Shown here: piece after piece, positions 8,808 through 17,219 of the stretch
Layout of the letters: the number at the start of each line of letters is the position of its first letter
Numbering within the stretch: the first letter of the stretch is position 1
Assembly (NCBI GenBank): GCA_047651235.1
Contig: CP178758.1
Span: forward strand, 2,760,001 to 2,792,000
Direction: 5' to 3'
Length of the DNA stretch: 32,000 bases
Source: Candidatus Electrothrix yaqonensis
Lineage (GTDB): Bacteria > Desulfobacterota > Desulfobulbia > Desulfobulbales > Desulfobulbaceae
Translations under genes and position numbers: made by a program
Notes under the pieces: generated by a model
The model's database searches: none
What the model was told of the DNA's origin: nothing
Seen by the model: only the letters and a program-made list of their open reading frames with translations

Positions 8808-9733
8808 TCCGGGTTGCGGCAAAACTGATTATTCTGTTTGCTCTGCTCTACGCAGGAGTACACTTGGGCTATGCCAGGTTGGAAAAGGAGCTACTGCAGG
8901 GGAGCTGCTGTCCGCCCAGTCCACCCAATACTTCATCCCCGCAAAAACAGGGGCAGACCGCAGAGGCTCAGGGTAAAACAGGAAGATCAGTCCGCCAGCA
9001 GACCGGCAACAGACCGGCCAGTACTGCCCCTTCTGCAACAGCCGATAATAAAGGAGAAAAAAAGGAAGGTCAGCCGGATTTTCAGAGCATTATCCGCCGC
9101 AATATCTTTCAGCTTGTCCAGGAAGCAGCCGTACAGCCAGCAGCTCCGCCGGTCAGGGAAGAAAAAAGAGAAGAAGTTGTTCCGACACGCCTGAACCTGA
9201 CCTTGGTAGGAACTGTTACCGGGACCGAACAGACAGCCAGGGCGATTATTCTGGAGAGCGGCATGCAGCAGCAAAAACTCTTTCAGGTAGGGGATTCTGT
9301 GCAGCGCGCCATTATTGAGTCCATCGAGCGGGGCAAAGTTACCCTTGATGTAAACGGCACACTGGAAGTGCTACAGATGAAAAAACGGGAAGGCGGCGGC
9401 CCCAGGTCACCCTTTTCACCCGGAAGCATCTCCCGTCCATCCCGGATACCCCGGCGTACCCTAACACCTCCTCCAGACGATGAAATCGATGCTGATATAG
9501 ATGCTGATATAGATGACGATTTCGATGATATTGATGATGTCGAGATGGAGGATGAAAAGGAAGGCCCGGCGGCACAGAGACAGAGAAGCCCCGCTCCCCG
9601 TCGTTTCCGAAGGCCGAATTTCCGACGTAATCCGGCCCGGCAATCTGCTGCGGATCAGGACAGCGGCATTGAAGATGAGGATGCGGCAATTCCTCCTGAC
9701 GATATTGTAGAAGAGCTGCCGCCTGATGATTAA
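8804..9733 (+). CDS. gspC: Type II secretion protein GspC-like (TM + HR/PilP-like domain, no PDZ, acidic/proline tail)
   Basis: ATGA junction with gspN. N-terminal TM AAKLIILFALLYAGV. HR-like core LNLTLVGTVTGTEQTARAIILESG..KLFQVGDSVQRAIIESIERGKVTLDVNG. Immediately upstream of the secretin gene. Confidence 0.55.
   Translation: MIRVAAKLIILFALLYAGVHLGYARLEKELLQGSCCPPSPPNTSSPQKQGQTAEAQGKTGRSVRQQTGNRPASTAPSATADNKGEKKEGQPDFQSIIRRNIFQLVQEAAVQPAAPPVREEKREEVVPTRLNLTLVGTVTGTEQTARAIILESGMQQQKLFQVGDSVQRAIIESIERGKVTLDVNGTLEVLQMKKREGGGPRSPFSPGSISRPSRIPRRTLTPPPDDEIDADIDADIDDDFDDIDDVEMEDEKEGPAAQRQRSPAPRRFRRPNFRRNPARQSAADQDSGIEDEDAAIPPDDIVEELPPDD
9488..9511 (+). repeat. Tandem 12-bp repeat GATGCTGATATA x2 inside gspC (encodes DADIDADI)
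   Basis: Exact copies at 9488-9499 and 9500-9511, followed by degenerate GAT-rich codons (DDDFDDIDDVEMEDE). Confidence 0.9.
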
Positions 9734-9809
9734 CAGCCCCAGAGAAATACTGCTCTATCAATTCGCTGTGTTTGCCAGAAAACTCACTGTGATTTTGCAT
9801 CAGTTGATT

Positions 9810-12767
9810 ATGAAACATACATCCTGTTTGTACCATACGTTTGTTTACCATGCGTTTCGGCTTGTTCTCCTGTTCAGCCTGACAGTGGCTCTGCTGCCGC
9901 CTGCGGCTTCTGCTGCCGATCAGCCGGACAAAGATACGCAGCAGTCGCAGGCACCTGCTGCTGTTTCCCCTGACCAGCCGAAAAAAAAGGGGCAGCAATA
10001 TGTTACGATTGATTTTAATGATGTTGATATCAATATGTTCATTAAATATATCAGCGAGCTGACCGGAAAAAATTTTATCGTTGACCGTTCGGTCAAAGGC
10101 AAGATCACGGTTATCTCGCCGACTAAAATGTCCGAACAGGACGCCTACCGGGTCTTTGAATCAGTCCTGGAGGTCCACGGCTATACCACAGTGCCCAGCG
10201 GACCGATCATCAAGATCGTCCCTGCGGTACAGGCCAGGTCCAAAAATATTCCCATGGTCAGGGCAGGGGAGCACGTCGATTCTTCTGACAAGGTGGTCAC
10301 CCGGATTGTTCCGCTACAATATTCCGACCCGGATGAGCTGAAAAAACTCCTGACCCCTCTGCTCTCCAAAACCAGTGTCATGATTGCCCACCCACAGTCC
10401 GGTGTCCTGATCATGACCGATGTCCTGTCCAACATCAACCGGCTCATGGATATCATCGAAGTTGTTGATGTTCCGTCCACAGGAGAGGAAATGGAAATCA
10501 TCCCGCTGAGATATGCCTCTGCAGCCGATGTCGGGAAATCCATCAGCCAGCTCTTTGCCCGCTCTGCGAGACGACGGACCCGCACCAGGCGGGCAGCAAC
10601 CGAGATTCAGGTGATTCCCTATGAACGCACTAACTCCCTGATCGTTTTTGCCCCGAAAACCCAGATTGACAGCATTCGTGAGCTGGTACAGAAGCTGGAT
10701 ACTGAGGCGCCCAGAGGCGGCGGGAAAATACATGTATATTATCTCCAGCATGCCGATGCAGAAGAACTGGTCAAAGTGCTGACCAATCTGCCGACACAGC
10801 AGTCCGGAACCGGAGCCAAAAAGGGAGCAAAGGCGGCCGAAGTCCCGGTCCTGTCCACGGATTTGAAAATCACAGCTGATCCGGAAACCAACTCCCTGAT
10901 TATTACCGCTCCCAAAGAAGAGTATCTGGTCCTGGAAGATATTATCAGAAAACTTGATATTCCCCGCCGCATGGTTTACCTCGAAGCTCTGATCATGGAG
11001 GTTTCTATTGATAAAATCTTTCAGCTGGGTGTTGAATGGGGCGGTCTGGGTAGCTTCCATGATGAAACCGGTACCTTGGGAGCTGGTTTTACAGACAATA
11101 ACTTCGGTATGGTCAACGGTCTTACCCTAGGAACAGCAGGTATGCCCGACGGGACGACCCTCGGCATTCTGAAAAAAGGTGTCGAGATCAGCGGTATTTA
11201 TTTTCCGGATCTCGGATCGGTAGTCAATGCCTTTAAGACAGATTCAGATATCAATATCATTGCCACACCCCAAATTTTGACTACAGATAATAAGGAAGCA
11301 TCTATTGCGATCGTTCAGAATGTTCCTTATATCACCAGTAAGAATACCTCCGAGACCGGTAGCGGTCAGGATTATACTAATTATGAATATAAAGATGTAG
11401 GCACTACGCTAAAAATCACTCCGCAAATCAACCAAGACAATTTATTGCGGCTTGATATAGAAGTTGCGGTAGACAGGCTGAAAAGTGAGGCCAGCACTAC
11501 AACTCCGTCAACATTTAAACGAACTGCTAGCACAACTGTAGTTCTCCATAATGAAGAGATCGTTGTTATCGGAGGAATGGTGGGGAATGATACCACTTCC
11601 GGTGAGTACAAGGTTCCCCTGCTCGGTGATATTCCGTTGCTGGGCTGGCTGTTTAAAACCCATGAAGACAGTGACCGGAAAACCAACATGTTTATCTTCA
11701 TCATGCCCCGCATTGTTGAAAGTTCACCGGAGCTGGCTGGAATCTATGAACAGAAACGTAATGTTATGGATGAGGCCAGTGAAGGGGCAGGTGATGTACC
11801 GGAGCAGACCTTTCAGATCTCTGCGGGCCATGAAGACGCTTTTGTCCTCATTGACATGGGGTATGCCCGACTGCAGAAGAAAAAGTATGCTGAGGCAAAG
11901 GCATATTTTGAACAGGCCCTGGAGCTTGATCCGGACAACCAGCATGCCCTGCTCAACATGGGCACCATCTATGAACATGAAGGGGAAAAAGGCAAGGCGA
12001 TTCAGGTTTATGAACAGATACTCAACCGTGCTGAGCAGCAGCAGTATGGTGACGGTCCGGAACAGAAGAAGAGCGAGGATAAAGCACTGGTCAATATCGC
12101 GCGTGAAAAGCTGAACAAACTCCGCAATCCCAAGCAGATTGAACCGAAAGAACCGACCGGTTCCCCTCCCGGATCTCCAGAACCTTCGGGATCTCCCCGG
12201 ACAACGCTCCATCCTGCGGAAGTGAAGCATTCCTCTAAGGAACCGTCGCCTTCCGGACAGACCGGTGCAAAACCTCCGGGCAATACTCAGGCTGAGGAGC
12301 GGACCATTCCGGCAACTGAAGAGTCATGCGGCAACCCTTGGAAAACACCCCTTATGGAGATCAGAGGGAAAGTAAAAAAGGTGGAATACAGAAAGCCGCC
12401 GTGGAGTTCTCAAAAAGGACTGCATCTTGACGTGGAGATTGCTGGCAAGCAGAATATTGTTGTCCATGTCTTTCCGGAGCAGCCGAAACAGCTGACAAAG
12501 CAGTGTCAGGACCTGTTCACCTTTAAACAGGGAGAGATTGTCACTGTTTCCGGCTCTGCATTTTTCACCAAGGCAGGAAGTCAACCGAATATTTGTGCCG
12601 CTGCAGTTACCCGGAATGCAGGTGTACTGAACCTCAGAACTCCGACAACGGGCCGCCTTGAAAAAGGGACATGCTGTCAGGAAATCTGCAGGAAAAGATG
12701 TACCGGCAGGGGAGCGGTCTGCAGAAGGCGATGTATGGATCGCTGCAGCACAGAAGGCCGTTTTTAG
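9810..12767 (+). CDS. gspD: Type II secretion outer-membrane secretin GspD with ~340-aa C-terminal extension
   Basis: ATG 9810 is preferred because a signal-like LLFSLTVALLPPAASAA follows it. N0 domain YVTIDFNDVDINMFIKYISELTGKNFIVD. Secretin core IATPQILTTDNKEASI...VVIGGM...KVPLLGDIPLLGWLFK...TNMFIFIMPRIV ends near 11730, and the ORF continues to 12767. Confidence 0.9.
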   Translation: MKHTSCLYHTFVYHAFRLVLLFSLTVALLPPAASAADQPDKDTQQSQAPAAVSPDQPKKKGQQYVTIDFNDVDINMFIKYISELTGKNFIVDRSVKGKITVISPTKMSEQDAYRVFESVLEVHGYTTVPSGPIIKIVPAVQARSKNIPMVRAGEHVDSSDKVVTRIVPLQYSDPDELKKLLTPLLSKTSVMIAHPQSGVLIMTDVLSNINRLMDIIEVVDVPSTGEEMEIIPLRYASAADVGKSISQLFARSARRRTRTRRAATEIQVIPYERTNSLIVFAPKTQIDSIRELVQKLDTEAPRGGGKIHVYYLQHADAEELVKVLTNLPTQQSGTGAKKGAKAAEVPVLSTDLKITADPETNSLIITAPKEEYLVLEDIIRKLDIPRRMVYLEALIMEVSIDKIFQLGVEWGGLGSFHDETGTLGAGFTDNNFGMVNGLTLGTAGMPDGTTLGILKKGVEISGIYFPDLGSVVNAFKTDSDINIIATPQILTTDNKEASIAIVQNVPYITSKNTSETGSGQDYTNYEYKDVGTTLKITPQINQDNLLRLDIEVAVDRLKSEASTTTPSTFKRTASTTVVLHNEEIVVIGGMVGNDTTSGEYKVPLLGDIPLLGWLFKTHEDSDRKTNMFIFIMPRIVESSPELAGIYEQKRNVMDEASEGAGDVPEQTFQISAGHEDAFVLIDMGYARLQKKKYAEAKAYFEQALELDPDNQHALLNMGTIYEHEGEKGKAIQVYEQILNRAEQQQYGDGPEQKKSEDKALVNIAREKLNKLRNPKQIEPKEPTGSPPGSPEPSGSPRTTLHPAEVKHSSKEPSPSGQTGAKPPGNTQAEERTIPATEESCGNPWKTPLMEIRGKVKKVEYRKPPWSSQKGLHLDVEIAGKQNIVVHVFPEQPKQLTKQCQDLFTFKQGEIVTVSGSAFFTKAGSQPNICAAAVTRNAGVLNLRTPTTGRLEKGTCCQEICRKRCTGRGAVCRRRCMDRCSTEGRF

Positions 12768-12864
12768 GTTGCAGGCAGGCGCAGGCAGCAAAAAAATATT
12801 GTATTTATCCGGTCATAAGGTCATAACAACAGATGAGCAAAAGGCGGTTCCGGGGAGCAGCTGC

Positions 12865-14556
12865 ATGAAACATCTTGGAGAAATACTGATTGAATCCTTT
12901 GACCTGGAGGAAGAGGCAGTCAATGACGCGCTGAAAATACAGGACGAAAAAGGCGGTCGGCTGGGCAGAATTCTTATTCAGAGGAAAAAAATATCTGAAG
13001 ATGATCTGCTGCAGGCATTAAGTCAGCAATCCGGCCTGGAATTGCGGCATTCGCTCCCACCGGCCTTGGATCCTTTTTTTACAGAGCGGATTTCCATCGG
13101 TTTTTTAAAAAAATTTAAAATGATACCGGTGGCAACGCCGCAGGAGTCTTTTATTGCCCTGTCCGACCCGTTTTATTTTCAGCAGCTGGACGATCTTTGT
13201 CGTACCCTGCATTGGGAGGGGATCAGAATATATCTGGTTCCCAGCGATACGATTTTCATTGCCATCAACACGGCGTATGATCGATCCAGCCAAGGAGCAG
13301 CGGATCAGGTTCTGCAGGATATCGATGAAGACGATCCTGAGGCCATTCTTTCCGAAATTGAGGAAACTGCTGACCTGCTGGATGATACCAGCGATGCCCC
13401 GGTCATCAAACTGGTCAACCTGATCCTGTCCCAGGCTGTCCGGGACAATGCCAGTGATATTCATATTGAACCCTACAAGAATCAGGTGAAAATCCGGCAG
13501 CGGGTTGACGGGATACTCTATGATATGCTCACCCCGCCCAAGCATGTGCAGGCCAAACTGATTTCCAGGGTCAAAATTATGGCCAAGATGGATATCGCGG
13601 AGAAGCGTTTACCCCAGGACGGCCGTATTGAAATCCGCATTGCGGATAAAAACATTGACCTGCGTGTCTCCACCCTGCCCACATCGTTCGGCGAACGGGT
13701 GGTTATGCGGCTCCTGGATAAGTCCAATGTCCTGCTTTCCCTGGAACAGCTCGGCATGTCCCCGCGTGACCTGCAGCTTCTCCTTGAACTGATCAAGGCG
13801 CCTCACGGCATCATTCTGGTCACCGGCCCCACAGGCAGCGGCAAGACCACCAGTCTGTATTCCGTCCTGACCGTACTCAATAAACCTGATGTCAATATTA
13901 TCACTGTAGAGGATCCCATTGAGTACCAGATCAACGGGATCAGTCAGGTGCAGGTGAACGCAAAAATCGATCTCACCTTTGCCAAAGGTCTGCGTACCAT
14001 TGTCCGGCAGGATCCGGATATTATTCTGGTCGGCGAAATCAGGGATATGGAAACCGCTGAAATGGCGATTCAGGCTGCCCTGACCGGACATCTTGTTTTC
14101 TCCACCCTGCATACCAACGATGCTGCCAGCGCTGTTACCCGCCTGATTGATATGGGGGTGGAACCGTTCCTGGTTTCCTCATCAGTGAACGCCATTATGG
14201 GTCAGCGTCTGGTGCGGAAAATCTGCCCCCATTGCCGGGAAGCATACAGACCGTCTGAAGAATATCTGGAAAAACTCGATCTGCCAGCAGCATTTCAGGA
14301 TGCTGTGCTCTATCACGGCAAAGGCTGTGAAGAATGCCTGCATACCGGGTACCAGGGGAGGCTGGGTATTTATGAACTCATGGTGCTCTCGGAACATATC
14401 AAGAGCATGATCCTCACCACGTCGGATTCCGGGCGGATCAAGCGGGAGGCTCTGGCCGATCCTGATTATCCCATGACGACCCTGCGCATGGACGGGCTGC
14501 AGAAGGTGCTGGACGGCCTGACAACCCTTGAAGAGGTCTTCCGGGTCGCCGCCTGA
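12865..14556 (+). CDS. gspE: Type II secretion ATPase GspE
   Basis: ATG 12865. N-terminal T2SSE_N/MshEN-like helices. Walker A GPTGSGKTTS, ILVGEIRD (Walker B region) and tetracysteine CPHC...CEEC. 563 aa. Confidence 0.93.
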   Translation: MKHLGEILIESFDLEEEAVNDALKIQDEKGGRLGRILIQRKKISEDDLLQALSQQSGLELRHSLPPALDPFFTERISIGFLKKFKMIPVATPQESFIALSDPFYFQQLDDLCRTLHWEGIRIYLVPSDTIFIAINTAYDRSSQGAADQVLQDIDEDDPEAILSEIEETADLLDDTSDAPVIKLVNLILSQAVRDNASDIHIEPYKNQVKIRQRVDGILYDMLTPPKHVQAKLISRVKIMAKMDIAEKRLPQDGRIEIRIADKNIDLRVSTLPTSFGERVVMRLLDKSNVLLSLEQLGMSPRDLQLLLELIKAPHGIILVTGPTGSGKTTSLYSVLTVLNKPDVNIITVEDPIEYQINGISQVQVNAKIDLTFAKGLRTIVRQDPDIILVGEIRDMETAEMAIQAALTGHLVFSTLHTNDAASAVTRLIDMGVEPFLVSSSVNAIMGQRLVRKICPHCREAYRPSEEYLEKLDLPAAFQDAVLYHGKGCEECLHTGYQGRLGIYELMVLSEHIKSMILTTSDSGRIKREALADPDYPMTTLRMDGLQKVLDGLTTLEEVFRVAA

Positions 14557-14743
14557 TGGTGCCGGACCGACCGGTTCTGATTTTGTTTCATTGCCTGCAG
14601 TATCGCAATTTCATTCAGTTATGATCGTCCTGTCGGAGCTTGCGCAGTCGGTTCTGATCCCGCCGTTATGCGTATCCCTGTATACCGGAACAATCCTGAA
14701 CAATTTGGATAGCCATAGCTAAGCAGCAGTGAAGAACGGACGG

Positions 14744-15790
14744 ATGAAAAGAAGCTCGAATCCCAGCGCAGTCGGCGTTGCCATGAGCGGCGGAGTCGAT
14801 TCTACAGCAGCAGCGGCTCTGCTGCTTGAACAGGGATTTTCCGTGCATGGCTTTTTTATGGTGCTGCCTCTTCCGGGAGTTGAGGAGCAGATCCGCAGAG
14901 TGCAGCATATTGCAGACCGTCTGCACATCCCGCTTCACCTGGTGGAGCTGGAAAAGGAGTTCAGGCAGAGAGTGATTGCGTATTTTATTGCCGCATATCA
15001 GCAGGGACTGACCCCCAATCCCTGTGTGGTGTGCAACCGGCAGATCAAATTCGGCCTGCTGCTGAAAAACATGACGGCTGCCGGAATGGACAGAATCTCC
15101 ACCGGACATTATGCTGCTGTCTGCAGAGAACAGGGGCAGCCGGTTCTCCGTCGGGGAGCTGATCCGACAAAAGACCAGTCGTATTTTCTCTGCCGCCTCT
15201 CAGGTGAACAACTTGAACGGATTTTTTTTCCGTTAGGCGACCGGCATAAACAGGATGTTTTTGCTCAGATGCAGTCGATGGGGTTTACCCATTTTCAGGG
15301 CGGAGAAAGCCAGGATGTCTGTTTTTTGGCAGAATCTGATCTGGCCTCCTTTCTTGCGGAACAGGGGCTGGAGAACAGCATGGGCGAGATTGCAGCAGAG
15401 GAGGGCAGGGTGCTCGGCCGTCATCAGGGAATCTGGAAGTATACTGTGGGGCAGCGCCGGGGTCTGGGCATTCCTGATGCAACCCCTTGGTATGTGCTCA
15501 GGCTGGATGCGGCAAAGAACCGGGTGATTGTCGGCAAAAATGAGGAGCTGTTCCGTCAGGAGGTAGTACTGACCGATGTGCAATGGCAGATTGCCCCGTT
15601 CTCACTGCCCTGGCAGGGCCGGGTGCAGCTCCGTTCACGCCATAAGGCTGCCGAAGCCGAGGTGTCGTCTGCGGAAAACAATCAGTGGAAAGTACGGTTC
15701 AGCGAACCGCAGCGGGCTGTAACACCGGGACAATTCGCTGTCTTCTACCTGGATGATCTGGTGGTTGGTTCGGGGGTAATACAGGCATGA
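14744..15790 (+). CDS. mnmA: tRNA 2-thiouridine(34) synthase MnmA
   Basis: PP-loop AMSGGVDSTAAA, NPCVVCNRQIKF catalytic-Cys motif, DQSYFL. The ORF opens at GTG 14729; ATG 14744 is preferred. Confidence 0.9.
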   Translation: MKRSSNPSAVGVAMSGGVDSTAAAALLLEQGFSVHGFFMVLPLPGVEEQIRRVQHIADRLHIPLHLVELEKEFRQRVIAYFIAAYQQGLTPNPCVVCNRQIKFGLLLKNMTAAGMDRISTGHYAAVCREQGQPVLRRGADPTKDQSYFLCRLSGEQLERIFFPLGDRHKQDVFAQMQSMGFTHFQGGESQDVCFLAESDLASFLAEQGLENSMGEIAAEEGRVLGRHQGIWKYTVGQRRGLGIPDATPWYVLRLDAAKNRVIVGKNEELFRQEVVLTDVQWQIAPFSLPWQGRVQLRSRHKAAEAEVSSAENNQWKVRFSEPQRAVTPGQFAVFYLDDLVVGSGVIQA

Positions 15791-15942
15791 CGAGACAGTT
15801 GTTGCTCACCCTTTTTAAAGGATAACGGTTCGTTTTCTCCGTATAACCTGCAAGCCGTCCGCTGAGCCCCGTCGCTGCGCGGTTTGAAAACGGGGTGTGA
15901 TACGAGTATGTATACTTTTCGTCTTTTCTGGGTGGATTTCTG

Positions 15943-15973
15943 TTTACTTCTTTTATTCAGCGTGCTTATAAAT
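15943..15973 (+). promoter_or_regulatory. Weak sigma70-like promoter candidate for the AT-rich islet (TTTACT-18 nt-TATAAA)
   Basis: TTTACT at 15943-15948 and TATAAAT at 15967-15973, about 50 nt upstream of ORF 16023. Sequence match only, in AT-rich DNA where such matches are common. Confidence 0.25.
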
Positions 15974-16022
15974 AATTCCTTCAGGAGAAGGGGGATTTTC
16001 CATACTTTTACAGCACAGTAAC

Positions 16023-16856
16023 ATGTATTTTGATTTCAACGAGTTGACAAAATTTACTTTAGGGAGTGATGGGAGAACAGTTCAATGTGTTGCGCAGTTC
16101 CTGAAACCTGTTCATATTGTTATGATGTCGATTCTTCATCATTATACTGATTGTTCTGCAACTTTTCTGTATCATGCTGATTATGCAAAGGTTATGAGGT
16201 TTGATGACCCTTTGGAGATCGATACTGTCGATGGCAGCAATCATTCGAAGGCTATAAAATTAAAAAATAAATTCGATAATGATAAGCAAGTCAAAAAAAT
16301 AATGACCATCCTTGAGGGGAATAATTATCTTGATAATGAAACAAATAGCATTTTAGAGCTTGTAATATCTGAAGTATTTCAAAATTTTTATGCGCATGCT
16401 GATACCGATAAACCTCCGATATGTTGTGTTCAGGACTGGTCTACATCGGATTTTATGGAAATTTCAATTGCTGATAACGGGATAGGAATTGGTAATGCGC
16501 TGGGAGCTGCTTTAAAAAATTATTCCGACAACAGTAATCCATGCAGGATAGCTTGTGACCTTGGTGTGAGTTCGTGCTTATATGGAAAGGGTAAGCTGGG
16601 AACCTCACATAGTGGTTATGGTTTGTATTACACGAAAAGATTTATTGAAGAAAACAAAGGGATTTTATTCTTGTTCTCCGGCAACACTTGCTATATAAAT
16701 AAAGATGGGGTAGAGAATGATAGGACTCTTCCATATTCTTGGAAAGGAACCGTTATTAGATTGATAATCAACAAGAAATACACTCTCCCCTCAAAATATT
16801 TCTTCGAGAAAATCGGTAAAGAAATAGATGGAGATGATTATGAAGAATTCTTTTAA
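16023..16856 (+). CDS. GHKL (Bergerat-fold) ATPase / putative Ser-kinase-like protein with an unrecognised ~105-aa N-terminal region
   Basis: 277-aa ORF in AT-rich DNA. N-box-like ELVISEVFQNFYAHA, G1 box ISIADNGIGIGNALG, G2 box SHSGYGLYYTKRFIEE. No TM, no DHp/His-box helix, no transducer domain. No clear SD before ATG 16023. Confidence 0.6.
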   Translation: MYFDFNELTKFTLGSDGRTVQCVAQFLKPVHIVMMSILHHYTDCSATFLYHADYAKVMRFDDPLEIDTVDGSNHSKAIKLKNKFDNDKQVKKIMTILEGNNYLDNETNSILELVISEVFQNFYAHADTDKPPICCVQDWSTSDFMEISIADNGIGIGNALGAALKNYSDNSNPCRIACDLGVSSCLYGKGKLGTSHSGYGLYYTKRFIEENKGILFLFSGNTCYINKDGVENDRTLPYSWKGTVIRLIINKKYTLPSKYFFEKIGKEIDGDDYEEFF

Positions 16857-17139
16857 GCTAAGCGAGTTGTCCGAGAATACATTGGTTGGGCGTGATATCG
16901 GCATGAAAACACGGCATAAGATAAAAGATTTGCTGAAAGATTACTCAAATCTCACCATAGATATGGAAGATAAGAGTGATATTTCATTGTCTTTTTTGGA
17001 CGAGGCTATAGTTTCGCTTGTACTTGAGTATGGCAAGGCGCGTTTTTCCAACCAGATAAAGCTGAAAAATGTACACTGTAATATTAGGCATATGATGAAT
17101 TTTATTTTGAACGATAAGCAAAAGAGGCTTGCTGTGTGA
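16840..17139 (+). CDS. STAS-like small protein (DUF4325-type)
   Basis: About 99 aa from ATG 16840, with GGAG 8-11 nt upstream inside the preceding gene; the ORF opens at 16828. Overlaps the GHKL gene by 17 nt. The core VGRDIGMKTRHKIKDLL...LTIDMEDKSDISLSFLDEAIVSLVLEYG fits my memory of the DUF4325 pattern (regulated segment, then DF-x-gV-x-isSSFlDE). Confidence 0.55.
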   Translation: MKNSFKLSELSENTLVGRDIGMKTRHKIKDLLKDYSNLTIDMEDKSDISLSFLDEAIVSLVLEYGKARFSNQIKLKNVHCNIRHMMNFILNDKQKRLAV

Positions 17140-17185
17140 CGATTGAATTTGAATGCCCCAATTTTTTTGAGGCACTATTTTTCTC

Positions 17186-17219
17186 ACCGGGTACGTGCTT
17201 GGCGCGTTACCCGGTTTTT
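17186..17219 (+). terminator. Rho-independent terminator closing the AT-rich islet
   Basis: ACCGGGTA (17186-17193) pairs with TACCCGGT (17208-17215). With one bulge the stem extends by 5 more pairs around a TTG loop, and is followed by TTTT(A). Confidence 0.6.

Noticed and set aside
9726-9809. N-terminal extension of gspD from ATG 9726 (MINSPREILLYQ...)
   Set aside because: That start overlaps the gspC end and puts 28 non-signal residues before the signal-like segment. ATG 9810 gives a normal basic-hydrophobic-AxA-type N-terminus. The same logic applied to the gspE ORF start (TTG 12658 versus ATG 12865) and the gspH ORF start (2621 versus 2711).
10314-11060. 248-aa minus-strand ORF opposite the gspD N-domains
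   Set aside because: Shadow ORF of a gene with canonical secretin motifs.
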